This document shows, piece by piece, positions 20,916-30,530 of a stretch of DNA of 64,000 nucleotides. The first letter of the stretch is position 1, and each line of letters starts with the position of its first letter. Source of the DNA: Endomicrobium sp. (GTDB lineage Bacteria > Elusimicrobiota > Endomicrobiia > Endomicrobiales > Endomicrobiaceae). The translations under genes and the position numbers were made by a program. The stretch lies in the NCBI GenBank assembly GCA_031289585.1, contig JAITPF010000006.1, positions 7,281 through 71,280 on the forward strand. The letters run 5' to 3'. The notes beneath the pieces are model-generated. The model searched no databases. It saw nothing but the letters and a program-made list of their open reading frames with translations, and had not been told where the DNA came from.

Positions 20916-21322
20916 TAGATTTTGTGGTAAGTCCTAAGAAACAAACAGAACTTGATAAAAAGTTTACAAGATATGGAATCAAAGAGTCAGATATTGAAGA
21001 GAAGTTTATCCGTTCTCCTGGTAAAGGCGGACAAAATGTCAACAAAGTTTCGACAGCTGTTTATTTAAAACATTTTCCTACTGGAATAGAAATAAAATGT
21101 CACAAGGAAAGAACGCAAGGGCTGAATAGATTTTTTGCAAGACGGTTGCTTGTGGAAAAAATTGAAGAAGAATTTTTAGGAAAAATATCTGAAAAACAGC
21201 AGAAAATAGAAAAAATCCGCAGACAAAAAAGAAAACGTTCTAAACGTGCAAAAGAAAAAATGCTTGAAGAAAAGAAACGGGTAGCTTCCAAAAAAGAAAT
21301 GAGAGAGAAAGTAATTTGTTGA
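20912..21322 (+). CDS. GGQ-domain peptidyl-tRNA hydrolase (ribosome rescue factor-like)
   Basis: EEKFIRSPGKGGQNVNK, HFPTG, ERTQGLNR, Lys/Arg-rich C-terminal tail. Confidence 0.85.
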   Translation: MIDFVVSPKKQTELDKKFTRYGIKESDIEEKFIRSPGKGGQNVNKVSTAVYLKHFPTGIEIKCHKERTQGLNRFFARRLLVEKIEEEFLGKISEKQQKIEKIRRQKRKRSKRAKEKMLEEKKRVASKKEMREKVIC

Positions 21323-22011
21323 TGAATACAACAAAATTAAAATATCATTATTTAGGACATAGAAACCGATTGAGAAAAAAATTTATTTCCATGGGTTTTG
21401 ATAATCTTGCTGATTATGAAATATTAGAATTGGCGTTAACATACGTTCTTCCTAGGAAAGATGTGAAAGTTTTGGCGAAAGAAATGATAAGTAAATTCGG
21501 TAGTCTAAAACAGGTTTTTGATGCCGATATAGATGACTTAAAACAAATAAAAAATATTTCAGATTATTCAGCGCAGTTCATATTATTCTTAAAAGAGTTT
21601 ACTTCATTGTATTTATCTTTGGATATAAAAGAAAGAGATAGATTATCGTCGCCTAAAAGTGTAACAGATTATTTGATTTCAACTTTAAGCGGTGAGAAAA
21701 TAGAAAAAATTTATACAATAATATTAAATTCAGGAAATAGAGTTACTGATTGTTTAGAGATTGAAAGTGGTACTGTAAATCAATCTCCACTTATACCAAG
21801 AAAAATTGCTGAAACAGCTTTAAAATATAAAGCAGTATCTGTTATAATAGCTCATAACCATCCAGGCGGAACTTTAAAACCATCACAAAATGATATAAAT
21901 GCCACTGTTGCTGTAAAAAAGGCTTTAGAATCTATAGAAGTTTCGCTTTTAGATCATATAATAGTAGCGAATAATAACTTTTTCAGTTTCAAAGACTATG
22001 GTTTGATATAA
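21316..22011 (+). CDS. radC: RadC/JAB-domain protein
   Basis: GHRNRLR, DYEILEL, HhH region, AHNHPGG..PSQND, LLDHII. Confidence 0.92.
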   Translation: MLMNTTKLKYHYLGHRNRLRKKFISMGFDNLADYEILELALTYVLPRKDVKVLAKEMISKFGSLKQVFDADIDDLKQIKNISDYSAQFILFLKEFTSLYLSLDIKERDRLSSPKSVTDYLISTLSGEKIEKIYTIILNSGNRVTDCLEIESGTVNQSPLIPRKIAETALKYKAVSVIIAHNHPGGTLKPSQNDINATVAVKKALESIEVSLLDHIIVANNNFFSFKDYGLI

Positions 22012-22122
22012 AAATAAAAAATTGCTACAGTAGCCAAATATCAATCACAATGCACCAATAGAGACCGTGATTCTATACAGTAAAAGGGAGAGCAAAGATA
22101 AAGGTTAATATAAGGATGATAA

Positions 22123-22242
22123 GATACATCTGAAAAACAATGGAAATGTAGTATTTGTGGCTACGAACATAAAGGAGATAAACCTCTTGAAAAATGCCCA
22201 AAATGTGGTGTCGCAAAAGAATTTTTTGGAGAGATTAAGTAA
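22123..22242 (+). pseudogene. Rubredoxin-like domain remnant without start codon
   Basis: DTSEKQWKCSICGYEHKGDKPLEKCPKCGVAKEFFGEIK*, preceded by in-frame TGA TAA; stop overlaps next ATG (TAATG). Confidence 0.7.
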
Positions 22243-22643
22243 TGAAATTAGATTTAACATCATTTAAAAGTGCAGTTAGAAGTTTAAAAGAAGCATTTGA
22301 TATTTACAAACATAATAAGTCTAGTTCTATTGTTAGAGATTCAGTTATTCAGAGATTTGAATATACTTATGGATTATCTGTCAAGATGGTACAGAGATAT
22401 TTAAAAAGTGTTCTTTCGGAATCAATAGACGTTGATTATTTATCTTTTAATGATCTTATAAGAACGGCAAATGAAAGAGGATTATTGTTATCTAGTCTTG
22501 AACAGTGGCGTACATACAGAGAAAAGAGAAATATGACAAGTCATACATATGATCAAAATAAAGCTGAAGATGTTGTTTCTATTGTTGATAGTTTTATTAA
22601 AGATGTAGATTTTTTATTAGATAGATTAGATACTGAAATATGA
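22242..22643 (+). CDS. HEPN toxin (HI0074 family)
   Basis: RDSVIQRFEYTY and RNMTSHTY (Rx4HxY). Confidence 0.9.
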   Translation: MKLDLTSFKSAVRSLKEAFDIYKHNKSSSIVRDSVIQRFEYTYGLSVKMVQRYLKSVLSESIDVDYLSFNDLIRTANERGLLLSSLEQWRTYREKRNMTSHTYDQNKAEDVVSIVDSFIKDVDFLLDRLDTEI

Positions 22644-22954
22644 AGAGACAAATCGTTCTTGATGAAAAATATTTAAAACTTTTAAAAGACATCATAAAAA
22701 GAAATGTAAATTTTTTACAATATAAAATTTATGTGTTTGGTTCAAGAACAAATGGTAAAGCTAGAGAATATTCTGATATAGATTTAGCAGTAGATTTTAA
22801 TGGTAGTAAATTGCCGCCGGATATAGAATTAAACCTTAAAATTGGATTTGAAGATTCTTTATTGCCTTATAAGGTTGATATAGTTGATTTAAATAATATT
22901 TCTGATAGTTTTAAAAAAAGAATTAGCAATCAGCTCATTGAAATTGATTTTTAG
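22640..22954 (+). CDS. MNT antitoxin
   Basis: FGSRTNGKAREYSDIDLA, LPYKVDIVD; ATGA overlap with the HEPN gene. Confidence 0.9.
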   Translation: MKRQIVLDEKYLKLLKDIIKRNVNFLQYKIYVFGSRTNGKAREYSDIDLAVDFNGSKLPPDIELNLKIGFEDSLLPYKVDIVDLNNISDSFKKRISNQLIEIDF

Positions 22955-23123
22955 AATTTGTTCACACATTAATAGGGCAAAAAAGCGTTAGGAGCAAAAA
23001 TAGTCAAATGCAAGTGGCAATAGCGAGATTATTGATACATCTTGAACAACCGTAGCAGTTGGCTATTTTTACCTCAAAAATTCAAGCAGCGCTTTTCGTC
23101 CTATTAGTGTGAATAAACTCTAA
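22951..23123 (-). mobile_element. MITE family B, internally deleted copy with both TIRs
   Basis: TTAGAATTTGTTCACACATTAATAGG ... CCTATTAGTGTGAATAAACTCTAA; reverse complement aligns with 41101-41363 and 58598-58837. Confidence 0.8.
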
Positions 23124-23216
23124 TAATAGTTAAAGGAAGTTCCGTTTAATTCGGACACTGCCACGCAACGGTAAATTGAGAGATTAAGTCTCATTAGTCC
23201 GGTCTATTAACTGTTA
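23124..23216 (+). ncRNA. Cobalamin riboswitch aptamer (compact)
   Basis: AAGGAA, TCCG-TTTAAT-TCGGA, ACTGCCACGCAACGGTAA, AGTCCGG; closing stem TAATAGTTAA/TTAACTGTTA; upstream of cobO-btu genes. Confidence 0.85.
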
Positions 23217-23405
23217 GAGTTTGTTCATATTTACTATGAACAGACAAGAGGGATGTTAATATGTAAATAACATTCTACTACTTTCGATGGAAAGATTAGA
23301 TAATAAATATCTTGCATAATTTAGTGTTTGTCGTTGTCTATCAGTATGATTGATAAGCAAGAAGTACTGTCATATCATTAGTGTTTATGTAAGAAATTTA
23401 ATGTT

Positions 23406-23439
23406 AAGCCTGTTTTCTTTTTAGAAAGCAGGCTTTTTT
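23406..23439 (+). terminator. Intrinsic terminator in the cobO leader (probable riboswitch expression platform)
   Basis: AAGCCTGTTTTCT-TTT-AGAAAGCAGGCTT followed by a T run, just before the GAGGTG RBS. Confidence 0.75.
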
Positions 23440-23455
23440 ATCAGAGGTGTAATAT

Positions 23456-23971
23456 ATGATAATTGTAAACACAGGTAATGGTAAAGGGAAAACAACAGCT
23501 GCTATGGGGCAGATAATTCGTTCTTTGGGACATGGCTTTAAAGTTTGTTTAATACAGTTATTTAAAAGCGAAAGTTTTTATGGTGAGCAAAAGATATTAA
23601 CTAAGTTAGATAATTTAGATTTTTTTTCTTTTGCAAAGGAACATCCATATTGTGTTAAAGGAGTAAGCCCTGAAGAAGTTATAAATCAATGCTATCAAGC
23701 TATAGCAAAATTAAAAGAACTTGCTAATGCTCCTAAAAAGTATGATATGTTTGTATTAGAAGAATTTAATATCGCATTAAGGGATAAGTTTATCAATGAA
23801 AATGAATTTATTAATATTGTAAAACAGTTGTCGCAAAAATCTAATATTATTATAACTGGCAGAGGGTCTCCGCAGGCGTTGATTGATATAGCCGATTTGG
23901 TTACTGAAATGAAAGAAATTAAACATCTTTATAAAAAAGGGATAGATGCTAAAAGGGGGATTGAATTTTAA
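23456..23971 (+). CDS. cobO: Cob(I)alamin adenosyltransferase (CobA/CobO/BtuR)
   Basis: TGNGKGKTTAAMG, ITGR, ADLVTEM, GIEF. Confidence 0.9.
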   Translation: MIIVNTGNGKGKTTAAMGQIIRSLGHGFKVCLIQLFKSESFYGEQKILTKLDNLDFFSFAKEHPYCVKGVSPEEVINQCYQAIAKLKELANAPKKYDMFVLEEFNIALRDKFINENEFINIVKQLSQKSNIIITGRGSPQALIDIADLVTEMKEIKHLYKKGIDAKRGIEF

Positions 23972-23995
23972 AGTTTATTGTTGAGACTTATTGTT

Positions 23996-24832
23996 ATGAG
24001 AAAAATTGTTTATATTATTACATTATTATTTTTACTATCAGGCATAGGCTGCGCAAAAGAATATAAACGTATTATTTCTTTGGCGCCTTCAGTTACAGAA
24101 AGTCTTTATGAACTTGGACTTGAGCAATCTGTTCAAGGTGTAACAATTTATTGCCCAAAGGGAATAGTTAAAAAAGAAATTATAGGCACACTTTTAGAAC
24201 CAGATATTGAAAAAATAATTTTACTTAAACCTGATTTAATTATTTCAACAAAAGATGGAAATATGAAGGCAATAGTTGAAAAACTTAATTGTCTTGGTTT
24301 TGAAGTATATGTTATGGAAACGGCAAAAAGTTTTAACGATATATGTATTAATTATTGTAATCTGGCAAAAAAACTTGATAAAGAAAAAGAAGCGAAAGAG
24401 ATAATAGATACAGCAAAACATTCAGTAGAGAAAATTCGTGATAAATTAAATGGTTTTAATAAATTGAAAATGTTTTGGGAAATAGGGACAAGACCATTAT
24501 ATACGGCAGGTAAACAGAGTTTTGTGAATGATTACAATAATTATACTAAAACTATAAATATATACGATAATGTTGATGTGCGTTATATCCCTGTTAATAT
24601 TGAAGACGTTATCAAACGAAATCCTGATATTATAGTGCTTGTAAATGCGGGAGATATAAATAGTGAGGAAATAATAAATTGGAATAAATACAAAATGATA
24701 AAAGCTGTAAAAAATAATAAAGTTTTCATAATAGATATTAGTGATATATTTATACCTACGCCATTGACGTTCGCAAAAAATACAGTAATACTTGCAAAAA
24801 TTATATATGAGGATATTTTTAATGCCAAATAA
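23996..24832 (+). CDS. btuF: Corrinoid ABC transporter substrate-binding protein
   Basis: Signal peptide, RIISLAPSVTE.LYELG, EKII.LKPDLII, NPDII; context under a B12 riboswitch. Confidence 0.85.
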   Translation: MRKIVYIITLLFLLSGIGCAKEYKRIISLAPSVTESLYELGLEQSVQGVTIYCPKGIVKKEIIGTLLEPDIEKIILLKPDLIISTKDGNMKAIVEKLNCLGFEVYVMETAKSFNDICINYCNLAKKLDKEKEAKEIIDTAKHSVEKIRDKLNGFNKLKMFWEIGTRPLYTAGKQSFVNDYNNYTKTINIYDNVDVRYIPVNIEDVIKRNPDIIVLVNAGDINSEEIINWNKYKMIKAVKNNKVFIIDISDIFIPTPLTFAKNTVILAKIIYEDIFNAK

Positions 24833-25820
24833 GAAGTTTTTGGTTGTTTATATATTAATGCCAATGTTGATTCTTGTGGTATTTTTATTTTCTTTAGCAA
24901 GCGGTTCGAATGGGATATCGTTGATTGATGTAATAAATGTATTGTTTAGCAATGCAGATGATAATATTTCCTTAATAATAAGACAGGTGCGTTTTCCAAG
25001 AGTTATTATTGCTTGTGTTATAGGAGCAGGTCTTGCTGCGAGTGGTTGCGTATTTCAGGCAATATTAAAAAATCCGTTGGCAGATCCATTTACTTTAGGT
25101 ATTTCAGGCGGAGCAGCTTTTGGCACAACAGCGTCTTTTGTTTTTGGTTTTGCATCCATAACAAGTTTTTTTACTCCATTTTGTGCTTTTATTGGTGTGA
25201 TGATTTCAGTGTTTGTTGTATATTGCTTAAGTATGCAGAAAAGATTTAATTCCAATTCAATGATTTTATCAGGGGTGGTTGTGAGTTATGTTTTTTCAGC
25301 TGCTGTGATGCTTATGTTTGCATTATCTTCTGCAAACAATATTCAGACAGCTTTTATATGGCTTATGGGGAATTTTTCGACTTTTGATGAAAGATTGCTT
25401 CCATTTGTTATAGTTGTTGTAATTGTAGGCATAATAGTTTTATCTTTATTCGGTAATATTATTAATGCCATATCTTTAGGTGATGAAAAGTCGAAAACAA
25501 TCGGTATAAATGTTGAAAAAAATATAAAATTTTTATTCCTTACAGCATCTTTTATCACGGCTGTAACTGTTTCTGTTTGCGGTATTATAGGTTTTGTGGG
25601 CTTAATGATACCGCATATAATGAGGAAAATTGTTGGAGCAAATAATATTCTTCTGATACCTGCTTCAGCTTTTGCAGGAGCAATATTTTTACCACTTTGC
25701 GATACTTTAAGTAGAGTTTTGCTTGCGCCTATATTAATACCGATAGGTGCGACTACAAGTATAATAGGAGGCTCTTTTTTTGTTTGGTTACTGTTAAAAT
25801 CGAGGAAAAGTATGTCATGA
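24822..25820 (+). CDS. btuC: Corrinoid ABC transporter permease (FecCD family)
   Basis: RFPR, QAILKNPLADP..LGISGGA, GIIGFVGLMIPH. Confidence 0.88.
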   Translation: MPNKKFLVVYILMPMLILVVFLFSLASGSNGISLIDVINVLFSNADDNISLIIRQVRFPRVIIACVIGAGLAASGCVFQAILKNPLADPFTLGISGGAAFGTTASFVFGFASITSFFTPFCAFIGVMISVFVVYCLSMQKRFNSNSMILSGVVVSYVFSAAVMLMFALSSANNIQTAFIWLMGNFSTFDERLLPFVIVVVIVGIIVLSLFGNIINAISLGDEKSKTIGINVEKNIKFLFLTASFITAVTVSVCGIIGFVGLMIPHIMRKIVGANNILLIPASAFAGAIFLPLCDTLSRVLLAPILIPIGATTSIIGGSFFVWLLLKSRKSMS

Positions 25821-26608
25821 TACGTATAGAAAATATTTCAGCAGGATACTTAAATAAGGAAGTTTTGAAAAATATCTCATGTGATATAGAGCAAAAAGAT
25901 TTTTTCGGTATAATTGGAAAAAATGGTGCAGGCAAAAGTACCTTGTTAAAAATTTTGTGTGATTTACTTAACCCATATTCAGGCAATATATATATAGATG
26001 GTAAAAATATAAAGTCTTTTTCAAAAAAGGATTTTGCAAAAACAATTTCATTTTTACCTCAATATGTAGATACTTCATTGTCTTTTACTGTATCAGAATT
26101 TGTTATGTTTGGAAGATATCCTTATATGAATATATTTAAAGTTCCATCAAATAATGATTATACCGTGACAAAAAAAGTTATGGATTTTTTGAATATAACA
26201 GATTTTTTAGAAAGAAAAATAAATGAACTTTCAGATGGGGAAAAACAGAAAGTTTTAATAGCGCAGGTTTTAGCTCAAGAGACTGATATTATTGTTTTTG
26301 ACGAGCCAATATCACATCTTGACATAGGAAATCAGAATGATATTTTGGAAATTTTAAGAGATTTGAATGAAAAATATAATAAAACGATAATTTTAACTCT
26401 GCATGATCTAAATATTGCAGGGGAGTTTTGTAATAAGTTAGCTTTAATGGAAAATGGTTCGATTTACAGACAAGGAACGCCTGAAGAAGTTTTAAATTAT
26501 AAAGATATTGAAAGAGTTTATAATACAACTGTCATTGTAAAAACAAATCCAATTTCAAATAAACCGTACGTTATACCAGTGAGTAAAAACAAAATAAAAA
26601 CAGGATAA
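25817..26608 (+). CDS. btuD: Corrinoid ABC transporter ATPase
   Basis: GKNGAGKST, signature LSDGE (variant), FDEPISHLD, LHDLN. Confidence 0.85.
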   Translation: MIRIENISAGYLNKEVLKNISCDIEQKDFFGIIGKNGAGKSTLLKILCDLLNPYSGNIYIDGKNIKSFSKKDFAKTISFLPQYVDTSLSFTVSEFVMFGRYPYMNIFKVPSNNDYTVTKKVMDFLNITDFLERKINELSDGEKQKVLIAQVLAQETDIIVFDEPISHLDIGNQNDILEILRDLNEKYNKTIILTLHDLNIAGEFCNKLALMENGSIYRQGTPEEVLNYKDIERVYNTTVIVKTNPISNKPYVIPVSKNKIKTG

Positions 26609-26612
26609 AAAA

Positions 26613-28373
26613 ATGAAAAAATTTTTAATTGTATTCTTTTGCTTTACTTTTGTAGTAAGTACTGTTTTAGCTCAAGATATTTTTTTAACTCTTACAAAAT
26701 ATGACGAAAGTATTGAAAAACTTCCTACGAATATTACGATTATTACTCAGAAAGAAATTGTAGAAAAGCACGTCGAAACTCTTGGTGAACTTTTACAAAA
26801 TGAAGTTGGTATTAATTTTAGATCTCATGGAACAATTGGTTCTTTAAAAACAATATCAATAAGAGGTGCGGCATCTGCACAAACATTAGTTTTGCTTGAC
26901 GGCAGAAGAATAAATGATATAGGTCTTGGCAGTGTAAACTTTAATAATATTCCTGTTGTTAATATAGAAAGGGTTGAAGTAATTAAAGGAGCAGGAGCAG
27001 CTGTTTATGGAACTGGAGCATTTGGTGGGATTGTAAATGTTATAACAAAAAAAGCAAACATGGATTCGCCAATTATAGAAGCAGACATATCTTATGGAAG
27101 CTTTAATACCTTTAGCCCATCAATAATAAGTGCATATTCTAATAATAAGTATTCTATTCTTGCAACATTATCAAATATTTCAAGAGATGGTGATAGAACG
27201 AATTCAAAATTTGTTAATACTAATGTTTTTTTTAGTGGACAAATAAATGCAAGTGAAAATTCTAAAATTTCGTTAACAGGTAATATTTATAATGCTAAAT
27301 ATGGTTTGCCTGGAAGTTTATTAATACCAACTTTGAGAGATAAGCAACAAGACAATAATAAATATTTGAAACTTGATTACGATTTTTCTTTTGACAAAAA
27401 TAAAAGTGTAAGTATAAATGGATATTGTTCTCGTGATATAATGCGTAATCAATCATATCTTTATTCAACTGATGATAGATACACTTCAGATACTTATGGT
27501 TTTCAAACAGATTTTCATTATGCAGATGTTTTACTTCTAGGTGCAGAATATTGGAAAGAATGTTTTCAAGACGATAGTAGAAAAAATTGTGCCGTTTATT
27601 CACAATTGAATTATGATATTTGGAAATTTAGATTAATTCCTAGCCTAAGAGTTGATAATAATTCTGTTTTTGGATGGGTTTTTACTCCAGCATTGTCTGC
27701 AATATTTAATTTAAATGACAAAGTTAAATTTTCTGCCAACAGTGGAAAAGTTTGGCGGGCTCCGACTTTTAATGATTTATATTATCCCGGATTAGGAAAT
27801 CCAGATTTAAAACCAGAGTATGGTTTATCAAGTGATATTGGTGCAGAATATTCTTATGGTAAAATAAAATTGATAGCGACTGGTTTTTATATTAATAGTA
27901 AAGATTTAATAAGATGGGACGGTACTAGGTCAAAGAATATAGCAAAGACTAAACAATATGGTTTTGAATTTGAAGCAGGATATATAATGAATTTACTGTT
28001 ATCGCATAAATTAAATTATACATATCTTAAAGCAGAAGATGAGAGCACAAAAAAAATATTGGAGTACACTCCAGAAAATACTATAAATTACATTCTAAAT
28101 ATTAAATTTACAAGGAATTTTACAATATCTGCTGTTGTTTGTTATAGAAGCGATTTAATAGGAACAAGATATTATCCTGATAATAGTATCAGTGTGGAAA
28201 CTATAGATGGCTTTTTCACACTTGATATGAACATAAATTATAAATTAAATGAAAATATTGATTTTTGGATCAAAGGATTTAATTTAACAAATACAAATTA
28301 TCAGATGTTTTGTGACTATCCAATGCCAAAACTTACTGTATATGCTGGCATTAATGCGAGAGTATTGAGATGA
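26613..28373 (+). CDS. btuB: TonB-dependent corrinoid receptor
   Basis: Signal peptide, plug domain IRG...LVLLDG, IERVEVIKG..AVYG..A.GG.VN, GNPDLKPE. Confidence 0.85.
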   Translation: MKKFLIVFFCFTFVVSTVLAQDIFLTLTKYDESIEKLPTNITIITQKEIVEKHVETLGELLQNEVGINFRSHGTIGSLKTISIRGAASAQTLVLLDGRRINDIGLGSVNFNNIPVVNIERVEVIKGAGAAVYGTGAFGGIVNVITKKANMDSPIIEADISYGSFNTFSPSIISAYSNNKYSILATLSNISRDGDRTNSKFVNTNVFFSGQINASENSKISLTGNIYNAKYGLPGSLLIPTLRDKQQDNNKYLKLDYDFSFDKNKSVSINGYCSRDIMRNQSYLYSTDDRYTSDTYGFQTDFHYADVLLLGAEYWKECFQDDSRKNCAVYSQLNYDIWKFRLIPSLRVDNNSVFGWVFTPALSAIFNLNDKVKFSANSGKVWRAPTFNDLYYPGLGNPDLKPEYGLSSDIGAEYSYGKIKLIATGFYINSKDLIRWDGTRSKNIAKTKQYGFEFEAGYIMNLLLSHKLNYTYLKAEDESTKKILEYTPENTINYILNIKFTRNFTISAVVCYRSDLIGTRYYPDNSISVETIDGFFTLDMNINYKLNENIDFWIKGFNLTNTNYQMFCDYPMPKLTVYAGINARVLR

Positions 28374-28406
28374 GAACAGAAGATATGTAGTTAGACATCA
28401 TGATGT

Positions 28407-30530
28407 CTAAGAATACTTTTTAAATAAAGTGACTATCATATAAGCAGAAAGTATTCCCATTATTGCTCCTGCTATGACGTCTGATGGGAAGTGACTACCT
28501 GCGTATATTCTTTCAAAGCTTGTGACGCAAGCTAAAATTATATACCAGTACCAGTATTTTCTTACCATAATAAACATAAAAGCGCAAATAGTAAATGCAA
28601 GTTGTGTATGTCCTGACGGAAAAGAGTTCCTATGCACTTTTTCAAACAATATATTTACATTTGCATCTCCAAATATTGCTAAAGGACGCGATCTCTCAAA
28701 ATAATGTTTTAAAAAATAGACTATGATAGCTGTTATTGCCAAACTACTTATCAAAAGAGCTAAGGTAGTCCAAAAACGTTCTTTCTTATTGATCCAAAGT
28801 ATTGCTATTGATATTATTAACATTACAATAAAACCTAAGTTAAATTCTTTGTAATCGCAATAAGATTGTATTGACATACAAAAATCTAAAAACTTACATT
28901 TTAAATCAGAGTTTATAAATTTAAAAACATTATAATCCAATTTTAAAAGTTCATGTAGTAGATTTTTTTTTTGTCCTAAGACGTTTTTTGTGTAATCTTC
29001 TGGAAGTTGTGATGAATCAAATGATTTACATAACGTAAAGAAAAAGTTTTTAATTTTTCTACCATTCCTGTAAACCGGAAATTCTTCAATATCAGTGTAG
29101 GATGTAAAAGCTTTATTGCCATATCTTTCTTTAGGGTCTGAAAAAAAGTAATCGTTGCAGATAAATAAACCATTTTTATGTTTTAGAGGAATTAGATTTT
29201 TCTGCCAAATGTCGTAAGCGTTGAATTTATCACTTATACAAAACACTCTTAATTTAGGAACAGAAGCTGCGAGTTGGCTTGCAAGATAGCTTTTATATGT
29301 AAATATAAAGGGTCTTTCTTTTGGCGGGTAAGAGTTTAGTATTCTCTTTATTTCATTTCCTACTTCTTTCCATCCGTAAACTTCATTTGTTATGTCAATT
29401 CTTTCTGGTTCAGGAATACCGTGTCTTATTTTTTCAATTTGCTCCTGCTGTAGGAATTTTTCTATAGGCACAATTCTGTAGAATACATGCAGTAAAGCAA
29501 GGATGATCATAAATAATGCAAGCCCCCACGCTACATAAGAATATACTCTAAAACCTTTTATATGCCAAAATTTTAACGTTAAATGTGCTACATAAATTGA
29601 TAATATCAAATAACCCATTGCAGTCCAATGTGGAAGTATTTCATTGAAAGTAGCTATTGTGTTAAATAGTAGGAGAACAGGCAAAGAGAAACATGCAATA
29701 ATCAGAGGAGTTCGGTCTTTTCTTTGACAGACTTCTTTTACACATAAAAATACTGCTATAATAAAAACCAAAAATAATAGAGGAGAAACATAACCTGCCT
29801 GTGCGCCGATTGCTCTTATAAGAAAAGCAAAAGAGAATTTTGGCATAGAGTTGCCAAAGCCGTGGTTTAATTGAAATCCAAAAGAAGCCCAATTGTTTTC
29901 AATATTCCATATTATTACAGGTAAAAACATTAATATAGATATGATAAGTGCAAAATATGGTTCCTTTCTTTTAAACCAAAATCTATGTGTAGGTGAAAGA
30001 ATGAGAAACATAAAAATTGAGAAAGGTATTAATATGCCATTGTATTTTGAAAGCATTGCAAGACCTGTTATGATACCTATTAGGTACCAATAGTTTTTAT
30101 TGTTTGTTTCAATTAAGATAATAAAAATAAGTGATGCCGATATCCAAAACAGCGCTAGGGGAGAGTCAGGTACAGTAATGATAGATCCCAAAAACGAAAA
30201 TACAGGTAAAATATTTAACAGTAATACGCCAATAAAAGCAGTTCTTTCATTGTAAAGTTTTTTTGCACATATAAAGAAAATCCAGCATACAAAAAAGAAA
30301 ATTAAAACTGTAGGAAATCTTACCGCAAATTCATTATTACCGAAAATAAGTGTTGACGCTTTAATTAAGTACGCTATAAAAGGCGGATGGCCGAAATAAG
30401 AAAAATCTAAAAACTTTGTATATACCCAGTAATGGGCTTCATCTATAGTAAGTCCTATTTTGCCTATTATTAAAAATCTCAAAGCTGTTGAGACAATATT
30501 TACAATCCAAAACCATAATTTATAGTTCAT
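28407..30530 (-). CDS. GT-C (ArnT/PMT-like) glycosyltransferase fused to a C-terminal PAP2 phosphatase
   Basis: N-terminal DEAHYW, HPP, EFAVR, PDSPL, LSKY; C-terminal KHYFERSRP, SFPSGH, ERIYAGSHFPSD. Confidence 0.85.
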   Translation of the reverse strand: MNYKLWFWIVNIVSTALRFLIIGKIGLTIDEAHYWVYTKFLDFSYFGHPPFIAYLIKASTLIFGNNEFAVRFPTVLIFFFVCWIFFICAKKLYNERTAFIGVLLLNILPVFSFLGSIITVPDSPLALFWISASLIFIILIETNNKNYWYLIGIITGLAMLSKYNGILIPFSIFMFLILSPTHRFWFKRKEPYFALIISILMFLPVIIWNIENNWASFGFQLNHGFGNSMPKFSFAFLIRAIGAQAGYVSPLLFLVFIIAVFLCVKEVCQRKDRTPLIIACFSLPVLLLFNTIATFNEILPHWTAMGYLILSIYVAHLTLKFWHIKGFRVYSYVAWGLALFMIILALLHVFYRIVPIEKFLQQEQIEKIRHGIPEPERIDITNEVYGWKEVGNEIKRILNSYPPKERPFIFTYKSYLASQLAASVPKLRVFCISDKFNAYDIWQKNLIPLKHKNGLFICNDYFFSDPKERYGNKAFTSYTDIEEFPVYRNGRKIKNFFFTLCKSFDSSQLPEDYTKNVLGQKKNLLHELLKLDYNVFKFINSDLKCKFLDFCMSIQSYCDYKEFNLGFIVMLIISIAILWINKKERFWTTLALLISSLAITAIIVYFLKHYFERSRPLAIFGDANVNILFEKVHRNSFPSGHTQLAFTICAFMFIMVRKYWYWYIILACVTSFERIYAGSHFPSDVIAGAIMGILSAYMIVTLFKKYS

